DNA from: Methanobacterium sp.
GTDB lineage: Archaea > Methanobacteriota > Methanobacteria > Methanobacteriales > Methanobacteriaceae
DNA length: 26,155 bases
Direction: 5' to 3'
Assembly: GCA_003166335.1 (NCBI GenBank)
Contig: PMWA01000046.1
Location: 10,223 to 36,377 of the forward strand
Below the pieces are notes generated by a model. The model saw only the letters and a list, made by a program, of their open reading frames with translations, did no database searches and was not told where the DNA came from. The first letter of the stretch is position 1; each line of letters starts with the position of its first letter. The position numbers and the translations under genes were made by a program. This document shows, piece after piece, positions 1-9,877 of the stretch.

Positions 1-209
1 ACAGTTGCATAGAATGTTTCACCCATAGCTGCTTTTTGAACCATTTCACAGTGCCGGATGACTTTATCTATCTTTTTAATGCCTTTAGGGATATCTTCTT
101 CTCTTAAAACGAATTTGATAGCAACTGGAGATTTAGTTAATCCTAATTTCTCTTTAATCTTTTGAGAAACCATGATATATTCATGCACATCACATTTACT
201 TTCTGCCAT
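1..209 (-). CDS. DUF169-family protein, 5' part (runs off the left edge)
   Basis: Absent from the ORF track. Manual translation from ATG at 209: MAESKCDVHEYIMVSQKIKEKLGLTKSPVAIKFVLREEDIPKGIKKIDKVIRHCEMVQKAAMGETFYAT..., with a GGTGA RBS just upstream. The 'LGLxxSPVAIKF...RHCEMV.KA..GE.FYAT' pattern is typical of DUF169. Confidence 0.8.
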   Translation of the reverse strand, partial: MAESKCDVHEYIMVSQKIKEKLGLTKSPVAIKFVLREEDIPKGIKKIDKVIRHCEMVQKAAMGETFYAT

Positions 210-343
210 GCTGTTTCACCTGTTTAATTATGTATCTTAAATTATTTAATTATATTTAGGGAACTCAATCAAAAAAACAAATTAAATCTATGCACAATTG
301 TTATAGAATGTAAATAGTTAGTAAAAAAGTTTGAAATCTAATT

Positions 344-1084
344 TTAAATTGATCTGATACCTGTAACTAGTTCTTTTATTTTATCTTCAACTTTAGAACT
401 ATGTTCAACTACTGTACCCGTTACTATAATGTCCGCACCAGCCTTCGCTATCTCAGCAGCAGTTGCTCCATCTCTTATTCCACCACCAACAATCACTATT
501 AAATCTGTAAATTTTTTTATTTTAGCAATCATTTCCTGAGGGATATGTTGATTAGCTCCGGAACCCGCTTCTAGATAAAATAATTTCATACCCAGAAACT
601 CTGCAGCCATAGCATAAGCCACTGCAATATCTGGCTTAGATCGAGGTATTAATTTAGCATCACCCACCCATCCAACGGTTCCTCCAGGTTCAACCACTAG
701 ATAACCCATAGAAATGGTTTCAATACCTAACTTTTTAATGATTGGAGCACCCAAAGCCTGTGCTCCTGTAATCCAATAAGGATTGGTAGAATTTAATAAA
801 CTCATAAAGAATATGGCATCAGCATATTTGCTTACGCCACTTATATTACCCGGAAATAATATTATAGGAACATCCACATTCTCTTGAAGCGCTTTTGCAG
901 TAGCATCCAGTTCACTGGAATTTGTTGTTGATCCACCCAGCATTATACCGTCAGTACCACCGAGCACCGCATTTTGAGCTGTTTGAACTGCTTCATCAGG
1001 TTTTTGTTCCTCAGGATCTATAAGCGTGAGATGCATTATCCTGTTTTTGAGTACTTCCCTGATATAGTCTTCTATGTTCATCAT
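344..1084 (-). CDS. Geranylgeranylglyceryl phosphate synthase (GGGPS, PcrB family), archaeal ether lipid synthesis
   Basis: Motifs HLTLIDP, GTDGIMLGGS, PIILFPG, FMSLLNS, YLEAGSGA, VGGGIR, ADIIVTGT. Confidence 0.95.
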   Translation of the reverse strand: MMNIEDYIREVLKNRIMHLTLIDPEEQKPDEAVQTAQNAVLGGTDGIMLGGSTTNSSELDATAKALQENVDVPIILFPGNISGVSKYADAIFFMSLLNSTNPYWITGAQALGAPIIKKLGIETISMGYLVVEPGGTVGWVGDAKLIPRSKPDIAVAYAMAAEFLGMKLFYLEAGSGANQHIPQEMIAKIKKFTDLIVIVGGGIRDGATAAEIAKAGADIIVTGTVVEHSSKVEDKIKELVTGIRSI

Positions 1085-1224
1085 AAACCACTTGAAAATT
1101 GTTAAATATAAAACACTGATTAAAAAATTTCCCTTTTTTTATATGGTGAAAATTAGAATTTTATATTTAATATAAATTGAGATTTTCTTTTAAATAAGTT
1201 AAAAAAAAATGTTGGGAAAGAAAT

Positions 1225-1371
1225 CTATCCCCTTGGTTCTTTAGCCTTGTACCTTAAACCTTTATAACCACATTTCCTGCAGGTTTTAGCAGTTGGTGGG
1301 TTTCTCGCGTTACATTTAAGACAAATTTTGACCTTGAATAATCTATTTTCTGCTTCTTCAAATTTAGCCAT
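1225..1371 (-). CDS. rpl40e: 50S ribosomal protein L40e (48 aa)
   Basis: Below the ORF-track cutoff. Manual translation [48 protein letters not shown] with the ICxxCxARNP...CRKCG Zn ribbon. Its GGAGGA RBS lies in the 3' end of tsr3. Confidence 0.96.
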   Translation of the reverse strand: MAKFEEAENRLFKVKICLKCNARNPPTAKTCRKCGYKGLRYKAKEPRG

Positions 1372-1374
1372 TCG

Positions 1375-1884
1375 TTATCCTCCTATAAATTCATTTTGTA
1401 TGTTTACAACTTCCATACTGGTTTTAGCATGAGAATAAGCTTCTAAAAGCTCTTCATTAAGCTTTAAAAAATGAGGTCCCCATTTGAACTGGGACATAAT
1501 ATGGATAGCATTATTTTTAAGTCCCACTATATAAAAGGTTGCGGAAATAGCCTCTGCAGTTGAAAGTATGCAGGGCTTACCATAATTGGTAGGATTAGCT
1601 GCAACCAAAAATGGAAGAGAACGGTGGTTTTTCTTACCCTTAAACAAACCAGATGAATTATCGATTTTTTTCCAAGAGCAGTCTAACGCTGCAATTCCGT
1701 TTTCCTCCACAGCTTCACAATCTTCTGGTGACACTGCTTTTTCAGCAAAAGGATCCAAAATTATAGCTCCTACAGGTAACATGTTTAGTTTATTCACTAC
1801 TTTAATATTACCTCCTTTAGCCATACGAATAGTGGTACATTTCCTGCGATCACATTGTTCGGCGTGGTATATGGTGACTTTCAT
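1375..1884 (-). CDS. tsr3: 16S rRNA aminocarboxypropyltransferase Tsr3 (DUF367)
   Basis: Motifs QCDxxKCT, LDCSW, RSLPFLVAANPTNYGKP, LSTAEA, FKWGPHFLxLN. Confidence 0.93.
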   Translation of the reverse strand: MKVTIYHAEQCDRRKCTTIRMAKGGNIKVVNKLNMLPVGAIILDPFAEKAVSPEDCEAVEENGIAALDCSWKKIDNSSGLFKGKKNHRSLPFLVAANPTNYGKPCILSTAEAISATFYIVGLKNNAIHIMSQFKWGPHFLKLNEELLEAYSHAKTSMEVVNIQNEFIGG

Positions 1885-2125
1885 AAAATAATCCTCTTAC
1901 TTAAAAAAAAGTTAATAACAAATTTCTTGTAAATATTCCGTTGTGTTTTCTAGAATATCTATTTTTCCCATTCAAATTCCTAAATAATAAATAAAATAAT
2001 TACCTATAGAAATCTCCTATTTTTGAAATTATACTTAAAATTACATTATAAAAGTGTAATATGGAACGAATAACTCCTTGAATCAGATTATATTGATAGT
2101 TCGTTTATTTCATAGTATAAATACT

Positions 2126-2548
2126 CTATTCTATTGATTTCATCTTTTCCAATGATTTTCGGGCTGCTTTTCTCACTGCTTCACAACTGTCTTTTTCAGC
2201 AGTTAACAGCAAAGATATTACATTTTTATCCCCTGAATCACCTAAACTATTGGCTGCAATTTCACGTGTGGATTCATCACCATTTTTTAAAGCATCAATC
2301 AAGGCATCAATCGCTGGTGTACCACCTATATTTATCAAAGCTTTCGCCACCATATATTGTACGGAGTAATCTTTGTCATATAAAGCCTCAGAAAGTGCTT
2401 TTACAGCCCTTTGACTGCCAATTTTCCCCAAAGCCTGTGCTGCATAAAAACGCGTTGTATCATCTTCTTCTTTGAGAATAGGAATCAATGCATCTACAGC
2501 CTTTTTATCAGCGATCATTTTTACTAATCTATAGGCAAGAGATCGCAT
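2126..2548 (-). CDS. HEAT-repeat (PBS lyase-like) protein
   Basis: About 4 tandem ~31-aa repeats, e.g. AVDALIPILKEEDDTTRFYAAQALGKIG and AVKALSEALYDKDYSVQYMVAKALINIG; GGTGA just before the ATG. Confidence 0.85.
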   Translation of the reverse strand: MRSLAYRLVKMIADKKAVDALIPILKEEDDTTRFYAAQALGKIGSQRAVKALSEALYDKDYSVQYMVAKALINIGGTPAIDALIDALKNGDESTREIAANSLGDSGDKNVISLLLTAEKDSCEAVRKAARKSLEKMKSIE

Positions 2549-2807
2549 TTTATCACCCTAATTTTAGAGTTTGGAATATTTAACATCTCTTCAACTTTCT
2601 TTTTTTTTGTAATCATCATCAAATATTCCATAAAAAAATGAATTATTTGATTCTTTATATAGGTTTTATTTTAGATTAAATTTTCTTTCCATTGTTTACT
2701 ATTAATCGAACAACTGCATAACAGTGTTAATTAATCATAAAAAATTGTGTAATAAATAGAATACATGGATAACGAATTTATAATTTTTTTATGAGATGTT
2801 CATTTTT

Positions 2808-3710
2808 TTATAACAATGTTATTATTATGGGGAGGGTTATCATACTTAATACTGTACTTAAAAAGATACATGCACTCACTGCTTTAATATCTAGCTCATA
2901 AGTTATCGCGAGCACTAAACTGAGCATTGCAGCGGGCATAGCGGCCTCTGCAATAATTACTTTACCGTTAAGACCGCTGATTCCAAGAATTACTACAATT
3001 ACCAATGCGATTAGAGGAGCTAAAATAAGTTTAATTGATGAAACCACTACAGCTTCTTTAAAATAATTCTTTAAACTACTTGCTTCCAATGAAAGTCCTA
3101 ACGATATCATTATTAATGGTACTGCAGCTCCACTAAGATATGTAAGAATTTGTGGTGCTATAGAACCTATGTTTAGATGTAGGAGATTCAAAACTATTCC
3201 TAAGATAATGGCATATATGGGTGGAAATGTCATTATACGTTTAGCAATCGCGGAATATTCCCCTCCAAAAAGCAGCGCAAAAAGAATTCCAAAAAGGATG
3301 AATAAAATAGTGGAACCTGTATCAAAAAAAATTGCTCTTACAAGTCCCACTGCACCGTAAACTCCCAAAATAATTGGATAGCCCATAAATCCTGAGTTAA
3401 ACAATGCTGATGCTGAAGTAATGCCCCAACGAGTTTTTTTAGAATGTTTCCTAATTCTTGAAAATACATAACCAACAAAACCTCCAATGAACCCAGTTAA
3501 CAAACATATAAAAGTTATGCCAATAAGGCTGGTTATATTAGATAAATCTGCAGAATAAAGAGCAGAAAAAATAAGAGCTGGAAGCGCTATATTCAAAACA
3601 ATCTTGTTTAACAGTAAAGAATCATCAGTTTTTAAAAGTCCGATTTGCTTAGTTAAGTATCCGATTATTATTAGAATAATTATAGAAAGGATTGTTTCTA
3701 GAGCACTCAT
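2808..3710 (-). CDS. AEC (auxin efflux carrier) family transporter
   Basis: About 10 hydrophobic segments; motifs LNKIVLNIALPALIF, NSGFMGYP, KLILAPL, EAAMPAA. Confidence 0.9.
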   Translation of the reverse strand: MSALETILSIIILIIIGYLTKQIGLLKTDDSLLLNKIVLNIALPALIFSALYSADLSNITSLIGITFICLLTGFIGGFVGYVFSRIRKHSKKTRWGITSASALFNSGFMGYPIILGVYGAVGLVRAIFFDTGSTILFILFGILFALLFGGEYSAIAKRIMTFPPIYAIILGIVLNLLHLNIGSIAPQILTYLSGAAVPLIMISLGLSLEASSLKNYFKEAVVVSSIKLILAPLIALVIVVILGISGLNGKVIIAEAAMPAAMLSLVLAITYELDIKAVSACIFLSTVLSMITLPIIITLL

Positions 3711-3993
3711 TTTTTTTTATAATCAAATTTTTTTAAAGAAATAAATCATATCAACAGTAAATCAACCGTTTACATTATTAATAGTTATGAATATTATTAA
3801 TAAAAAAAATTTTTAAAGTTTTCAATTAAATTATTATAAATTAATGCAGTAAAAAAATAATAAGATAACTCCTTCATATCACGTCTAATTTTGTTTTAAC
3901 TTAAAACTAATAAAATTCTATTATTTTGAAGAAGAAATTTAAAAAAAACAAATTATATTTATTTATAATTAATCTATTCAAATTAAATATTTT

Positions 3994-5922
3994 TTACAAT
4001 TGAGAGCGTTCATAATCCAATATCTTGGAAATAGCAATTCCTGGGTTTTTTAAATCTTCCACATCATAGTAACGCCCACCAGAGGCTAACGCCAAATCCA
4101 TGTTGAATTCATGTCCAAATTTAACAGCTTTTTCAAAATTCACTGTAAGGGTAAGTATTTCAAAATCCTTCAAATTCTCAGCAATTTTAATAGCATCTTG
4201 AACCGGTCCTTTATCTAATCCTACATTAGGCATGCCATCAGTGAGTACAATCATCATAGGAACATATTCATCACGTGCCTTCTCTTTTTTTAAAATTTCA
4301 AACCCTTTTTTAAGACCTGAAGCCAGAGGTGTAGTTCCGCCAACACGAATATTATCCACTTGTTCTTGAAAAGATAATGCCCGGCGAGTTGTGGGGATTA
4401 TAATTTCTGCTTCCTCTCCTTTAAACCCAATGACACTCAGTTTATCATGATGACGATTAGTATCCTCAATTATCCGGTTTAAAATTCCTTTAACACGATT
4501 AGTTTTCTTTTCAGAAAGCATTGAACCACTAATATCCACAACTAATGCTATTGAGGCTTTTGCACCATGTTTCCTTACTTTTAAACGTATATCATCACTT
4601 TCAACTTTTATATTACCCTTTGATCCTAAAGCAGCCGCCCTTATAGTGGCATCTATTGCTATATCCGTAGAATTATCTCCTGGAATTTTACTTTTTATAT
4701 AACGACCCTTCTGGGTTTGTGAATTTACTCTTTTACCATAAAGTCTCCTCTTCTTTTTTCCCTTCATTTTAAGGAGCTTTTTTATATCAGCCTCCTCTTC
4801 ATCAGCTTCAACCAATTCATCTTCTTTTTCCAAAGTTTTAAGTTTCATGCCTCTTTTTTTTACATCACCCGTCTCTGGAATTGGTGTTTTTTTTTGTTTT
4901 TCCTGTTTATCCTTGGATACATCAGAAATAGCTTCTTCTACTTTATTTTTAATCTTATCTTGATCATAGGAAGTTTTTTGGAATCGTTCACCTAAAACTA
5001 GGAGTGCTGCTTCTGATAAATCTTCTTTACTTACTGTCTTCCGATTATTATAGGCTGCTATAGTTTTAGATGTTTTTAAAATGGCAATGTCTGCTCGGTG
5101 TCCATCTACATTCATATCTATGCAGATTTTGGCTATAACTTGTAGTAAATTTAGTGGGACTTTCACTTCTTTTAGAATCCTGCGAGCTTTTATGATTTTA
5201 TGCTGAATTTCATCTTGTTCATTTTTAAATTTATCTCTGAATGCTGAGGGGTTTGATTCGAATTCTTCGCGTCTTTTCATGATTTCAACACGATCTTCCA
5301 GTTCCATGATGCTATGCACTGAAATGTGAAGTCCTATCCTGTCAGAGAGTTGAGGTCTGAGTTCACCCTCTGCAGGGTTCATAGTTCCTACTAATATAAA
5401 GTTGGCGGGGTGGGTTAGAGAGATGCCTTCTCTTTCTACAATATTCACCCCATATGCCGCTGCGTCCAGTAAAACATCCACTAAGTTATCGTCTAGTAAA
5501 TTGATTTCATCAACGTATAATATGTTCCGATTAGCATCTGCGAGTATTCCTGGTTCAAGGGCTTTTAATCCTTCTTTTAAAGCTTTTTCTATGTTTATTG
5601 ATCCTAGAACTCGATCTTCTGTGGATCCAAGGGGTAGTTCAACGACCTTCATTTTCTTTTCTGTGACTTTTATATCACCTATACTGCATTCTTGGCATAG
5701 AGATTCAGTGTCATCAGGGTCGCAGTTGAATGAGCATCCTTTAACTATTTTTATTGTGGGTAACAGATCCGCTAGTGCTCTGACAGCGGTGGTTTTGCCT
5801 GTTCCTTTATCTCCTTTAATTAGAACACCACCAATACTCGGGTTTATAGCGTTTAGTACCAATGCTTTTTTAATATTTTCCTGCCCAACTACAGCGGAAA
5901 ATGGGAAAATAAGGTTTTTCAC
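3994..5922 (-). CDS. Mg/Co-chelatase subunit, ChlD type (ChlI-like AAA+ N-terminus, charged linker, C-terminal vWA); in a methanogen probably a CobN partner
   Basis: [10 protein letters not shown], Walker [35 protein letters not shown]; vWA MIDAS motif DISGS...GGTT...LTDG. Start placed at GTG 5922 because AGGTGA precedes it; the ORF track starts at 5931. Confidence 0.9.
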   Translation of the reverse strand: MKNLIFPFSAVVGQENIKKALVLNAINPSIGGVLIKGDKGTGKTTAVRALADLLPTIKIVKGCSFNCDPDDTESLCQECSIGDIKVTEKKMKVVELPLGSTEDRVLGSINIEKALKEGLKALEPGILADANRNILYVDEINLLDDNLVDVLLDAAAYGVNIVEREGISLTHPANFILVGTMNPAEGELRPQLSDRIGLHISVHSIMELEDRVEIMKRREEFESNPSAFRDKFKNEQDEIQHKIIKARRILKEVKVPLNLLQVIAKICIDMNVDGHRADIAILKTSKTIAAYNNRKTVSKEDLSEAALLVLGERFQKTSYDQDKIKNKVEEAISDVSKDKQEKQKKTPIPETGDVKKRGMKLKTLEKEDELVEADEEEADIKKLLKMKGKKKRRLYGKRVNSQTQKGRYIKSKIPGDNSTDIAIDATIRAAALGSKGNIKVESDDIRLKVRKHGAKASIALVVDISGSMLSEKKTNRVKGILNRIIEDTNRHHDKLSVIGFKGEEAEIIIPTTRRALSFQEQVDNIRVGGTTPLASGLKKGFEILKKEKARDEYVPMMIVLTDGMPNVGLDKGPVQDAIKIAENLKDFEILTLTVNFEKAVKFGHEFNMDLALASGGRYYDVEDLKNPGIAISKILDYERSQL

Positions 5923-6098
5923 GTGTCTCACCTTTATAAATAAATAAGTAAATTTTTTGTATTATCTTTATAAAAATTTGATCTAAATTTGTTTTATATT
6001 ATTTTAATATGTAATTTTTGTTCAATATAAATTTAAATTTTTTTTTATCATAAATAATAAATAATATCAGTTACATAGTAAAAATAGGTGATTAATCT

Positions 6099-6251
6099 AT
6101 GTGCACTGTAGGAGGCCCTATGGCTGACATTAAATTGAAAAAGCTCAAAACAAAAAGATACCGATGCCTGGATTGTAAAAATGAATTTAAAGGTATTGGA
6201 CGAAGAGTTGTATGTCCATCATGTCAGTCAGAGAACGTCGAAGAATTATGA
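6099..6251 (+). CDS. Small Zn-ribbon (CxxC-x12-CxxC) microprotein, 50 aa
   Basis: Absent from the ORF track. MCTVGGPMADIKLKKLKTKRYRCLDCKNEFKGIGRRVVCPSCQSENVEEL*. GGTGA RBS at 6087-6091; alternative start ATG 6120 after GGAGG; stop overlaps the next start (ATGATG). Confidence 0.8.
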   Translation: MCTVGGPMADIKLKKLKTKRYRCLDCKNEFKGIGRRVVCPSCQSENVEEL

Positions 6252-6703
6252 TGGGTTCTGATGAACTTTTGTTTTTAATTGGAGAATCTGGAGAGTTGGG
6301 CATTGTAAAGGCCGCTAAAAATATGGAATTATTCATAGGAACTCCAGATAAAGAAGAAATAGTATTATTCCTTCAGTCTGAGGATTTAATAGCTGTTTCT
6401 GCATTCGATGTTGGTGATAAAGCTGAAAAAGGTATAAAATCTATGATTTACCTATTAAGAGAATTAGCTTCACCAATAATTGTTCTTCCAGAAAATCATC
6501 CCACTTCTAAAAGACTTAAGATGGTTGTTTCTTGTGGAGAGAGTATACATCTTAATTGTGATATACAACCCGGTACTCATCCCGAACAGGATATAATATG
6601 TGCATGTGAAGAACTATCAGGTTTAGATATTTATGCCATCAATGGTGGAGTGGAGATTGAAGGACGTTTACAGAATTTTAAGTTAGAAAAGTTAGACCAC
6701 TGA
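6248..6703 (+). CDS. Hypothetical protein with a PGTHPEQDIICAC motif
   Basis: ORF 6212..6703; start more likely ATG 6248 or 6251, overlapping the microprotein stop (translational coupling). Globular composition, no family recognised. Confidence 0.75.
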   Translation: MMGSDELLFLIGESGELGIVKAAKNMELFIGTPDKEEIVLFLQSEDLIAVSAFDVGDKAEKGIKSMIYLLRELASPIIVLPENHPTSKRLKMVVSCGESIHLNCDIQPGTHPEQDIICACEELSGLDIYAINGGVEIEGRLQNFKLEKLDH

Positions 6704-6844
6704 AAAATAAATTATAGAAACTTATTTCTGAATTCTTATACATATCTATTACATAATCATTTTATCTATATTTCAAAAAAGTTAACTAATAATATAAATT
6801 AATTAAAAATTTCATTTTTAGAAAAAATTACGAGCTTAAAAATT

Positions 6845-7549
6845 ATGTTAATTTACGATTTTTATCAGATATTCGGGCAAGTAGTTATTATTATAGTCAT
6901 ATCAATCCTAAGTTTACTTTCAATAACCCTAATTTTAGGTGGAATACTAATTAGAGAAAATAAACTCATTTTCCCTAAAGTACTTCTCTTCACTTTAGAT
7001 GTTTTCTACAGTTTTCTAAAGAAATTCTCAGAGAATTTAGGTGTTGATGGTAAAATAGTGGATCAAATTGGTGTAGAAGTTAGAAATAAAGTAAATGAAA
7101 AACACTTCAAAAAAATAACTACAAATGATAAAATTTTGGTACTACCCCATTGTTTAAGGCATTCTGACTGTGAAGCTAACCTTGAAACAGCGGGATTGGT
7201 TTGTAAAAACTGTAATCGATGCGTGATAGGTGTTCTAAAAGATAAAGGAGAAGATTTAGGTTATCAGGTCTTTATTATACCCGGATCGACTTTTCTGAAA
7301 AAGATAATCGAAGAAAATGATTTCAAAGCAGTATTAGGTGTAGCTTGTTATCAGGATCTCAATCTAGCAATGATGAAGCTGAATAAATTTTCCTGCCAAG
7401 GTGTACCACTTCTGCGGGATGGATGTGTTAACACTAAAGTCGATTACAAAGCCGTGCTCGAGAAAATGGGAGTAAAACTTGAGAAAAAGGTTGAAGTCAA
7501 TAGAGATAATTCCTGTAATAAAAAATCCTATAGTGACAAATTACCATAA
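6845..7549 (+). CDS. DUF116-family protein (N-terminal TM helix, Cys-rich domain)
   Basis: LPHCLR...C...[35 protein letters not shown]. Confidence 0.85.
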   Translation: MLIYDFYQIFGQVVIIIVISILSLLSITLILGGILIRENKLIFPKVLLFTLDVFYSFLKKFSENLGVDGKIVDQIGVEVRNKVNEKHFKKITTNDKILVLPHCLRHSDCEANLETAGLVCKNCNRCVIGVLKDKGEDLGYQVFIIPGSTFLKKIIEENDFKAVLGVACYQDLNLAMMKLNKFSCQGVPLLRDGCVNTKVDYKAVLEKMGVKLEKKVEVNRDNSCNKKSYSDKLP

Positions 7550-7572
7550 TCACTTTTTTTAAATTATGATTT

Positions 7573-8355
7573 TCAACTTTTTTACTGCTTCAACCTCTAA
7601 TCCATCATATCCACATGAACTAATCCTTCATCATCTAAGGGATGGTCTTTAAGGTATCTGCCAGCTATTTCATTGATAAATCTTCTTGTAATTCTTTCGG
7701 GATCCTTCTGTAGTATAAGGAAGCCATGTAGTTCGTATCCATGCTTTTAAGCCATTTCTTCCTTTTTGAATCATAACCTTTGATATGAGTTCCACTCTTA
7801 AAGGCTGGAGATTGGCTTCTTTAAGCCATTCACGGTATTCATCAGGCCCGTAAAATCCATATGGAAATTCGAAATCTAAAAAAATAGTTTACACCATTTT
7901 TTTCGTTATTAATTTCATCAGCTACCTTTAAAATTTCTCGAACATTACCATTGCCACCCAATTGTATTAATACTCGTCCTCCTATCTTAATACTCCGTTG
8001 AATTCTCTTTAAAACCATTCATAGATCTTTTATCCAGTGTAATGCATTAGAGAAAACCAGATCAAATTTCTTTTAATATTTCAGTTCTTTAACATCTTTT
8101 ATTTGAAAGTATATATTTGAGTAATCTTTATTTGGAAACTTTTTTTGGGATAGTTCAATCATCTCCTGAGAACTGTCAATACCTAAACACAACCATAAGA
8201 TATGATACAATCTCGGCAGTTATCATTCCATCTCCACATCCGATATCAATTACTCTTTCATCTCCTTTAAGTTCAAGTTTAACTATAAACTCTCTGACCC
8301 ATTTCTGCTGCTCATTAAAACTATTCTGGTAGTCTTCTGCATTCCACTTATACAT
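7573..8355 (-). pseudogene. Degraded class I SAM methyltransferase (trans-aconitate methyltransferase-like)
   Basis: Fragments across frames: MYKWNAEDYQNS...VIDIGCGDG (motif I), LGIDSSQEMIELS, FDLVFSNALHWIKD, GGRVLIQLGGNGN, FPYGFYGPDEYREWL, WIRTTWLPY, EDFINEIAGRYL...RLEVEA. About 4 frameshifts plus in-frame stops (TAA 8073-8075, TGA 8019-8021). Confidence 0.85.
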
Positions 8356-8470
8356 TGTTTCCTTTAAAATCTTTTTTTATTAATTATTTAGTGTAGAACA
8401 TTGAAATAAATATTTGTGAAACATTTATTAATTTTTTATTCCTTAATAAAGTCTAAGGAGGTAAAGAAAA

Positions 8471-9046
8471 ATGGAAAAAGTTCTTTTATTATGTGCCAGT
8501 CCCCGACCAAGTGGTAATACTTATCAAGTTCTGGAGGAATGTGCAACTGTTATAGAGGATGAAGGTTTAGAGGTTGAAATAATCTCATTCGTTGGTAAAG
8601 ATATTAGATCTTGTATAGCATGTGGAAAATGTGGTGAATTAAGCGAATGCAGCCTTAATGATGGATTAAATGATATTATAATAAAAATTAAGGAAGCTGA
8701 TGGATTCATAGTTGGATCTCCCGTTTATTTTGGAACTGCCCGTGGAGATATAATGTCTGCCTTACAAAGAATAGGAATGGTTTCCAGATCAAACGGTAAC
8801 TTCTTATCATGGAAAGTAGGCGGACCCATAGCTGTTGCACGTAGAGGAGGTCACACCGCTACTTTACAGGAAATGCTAATGTTCTTCTTTATCAATGACA
8901 TGATTATTCCAGGCTCTACTTACTGGAATATGGTTTTTGGATGGACTCCCGGAGAAGTACAGAATGATACTGAAGGAATGGAAACCATTCGAAAGTTTGG
9001 CTATAATGTGGCTACTTTAATAAAGAAAATAAAACAAAATGAATAA
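8471..9046 (+). CDS. Iron-sulfur flavoprotein (Isf-type, flavodoxin family)
   Basis: ASPRxxGNT FMN loop, CIACGKCGELSEC (CxxCxxCx5C) cluster motif, GSPVYFG, VARRGG; GGAGG RBS. Confidence 0.9.
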   Translation: MEKVLLLCASPRPSGNTYQVLEECATVIEDEGLEVEIISFVGKDIRSCIACGKCGELSECSLNDGLNDIIIKIKEADGFIVGSPVYFGTARGDIMSALQRIGMVSRSNGNFLSWKVGGPIAVARRGGHTATLQEMLMFFFINDMIIPGSTYWNMVFGWTPGEVQNDTEGMETIRKFGYNVATLIKKIKQNE

Positions 9047-9139
9047 ATTGAACCTAAATTTATTCATATTAATTATATAAACACTTAGAATCCGCCAAAT
9101 TTGAATTCTTTCAATCTAATTTATTGTTTGGGATAATCT

Positions 9140-9877
9140 ATGGTAAAACAGCAGCTTTATAAAAAATATGCTAAGTATTACGATAAAATTCATGATAAAT
9201 TCGACCAAAAAAAAGAGTCTGAGTTCATAAATTGGGCTGTAGATAAACATAAACTGAGTGAAGGTAATTATCTTCTTGACGTGGCTTGTGGAACTGGTAG
9301 ACACATTGAATTCCTGAAAGATTATTACAAGATTCTTGGAGTAGATATAAACCCGGAAATGTTAAAGATCGCCCGATTAAAAATCCCCGAAGTCAAATTT
9401 ATGAAAGGTGATATGAAAAAATTAAATATTGAAGAAAAATTTGATGTTGTAATATGCATGTTTAGTGCAGTTAATTATAACACTACATTTGAAGAGTTAA
9501 AAACAACATTCGAAAACTTTTATAATTATTTAAAGAATGGTGGAATTTTAATTTTTGATTTAGGTCTTAATATAGAAAACTGGATTGAAGGATTGATAAG
9601 TGTTGATACGGTAGTTGATGAAAATTTAAAAATAGCGATAATATGTCAATCACATTTAGATAATGGAGTATTTAACGCTGACTTTGTATTTTTAATTAAA
9701 GAAAATGGTAAGCTTGATTTCGATATTGATCAACATGAACTAGGTGTTTTTGGAATTGAAAATGTAATTGAATTAATGGAAGATGTTGGCTTCAAAAACT
9801 TCATCTATGCTGAATTTACTTCTGAAACGTGGGATGCTAGATCAGGTGATCGACCTGTTTTCGTGGGAGTTAAATAG
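9140..9877 (+). CDS. Class I SAM-dependent methyltransferase
   Basis: LLDVACGTGRH, GVDINPEML, GDMKKL, FDVVIC, LKNGGILIFD. Confidence 0.9.
   Translation: MVKQQLYKKYAKYYDKIHDKFDQKKESEFINWAVDKHKLSEGNYLLDVACGTGRHIEFLKDYYKILGVDINPEMLKIARLKIPEVKFMKGDMKKLNIEEKFDVVICMFSAVNYNTTFEELKTTFENFYNYLKNGGILIFDLGLNIENWIEGLISVDTVVDENLKIAIICQSHLDNGVFNADFVFLIKENGKLDFDIDQHELGVFGIENVIELMEDVGFKNFIYAEFTSETWDARSGDRPVFVGVK

Noticed and set aside
2040..2060. ATTACATT-N5-AGTGTAAT imperfect inverted repeat
   Set aside because: Single AT-rich instance with no identifiable regulator; cannot be distinguished from chance.
3757..3773. GTAAA-N7-TTTAC inverted repeat upstream of the AEC transporter
   Set aside because: 5-bp AT-rich arms are expected by chance and no second copy was noticed.
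1586..5947. Plus-strand ORFs 1586..1891, 2134..2475, 3169..3360 and 5402..5947
   Set aside because: Antisense shadows of well-supported minus-strand genes; no recognisable motifs.
6212..6247. ORF-track N-terminus MSIMSVRERRRI of the hypothetical protein
   Set aside because: Overlaps the CPSC end of the Zn-ribbon ORF in another frame; the ATGATG overlap gives a better start.
8117..8332. 71-aa plus-strand ORF
   Set aside because: It is the antisense of the methyltransferase pseudogene's motif I region; Ser/Ile-rich with no motif.
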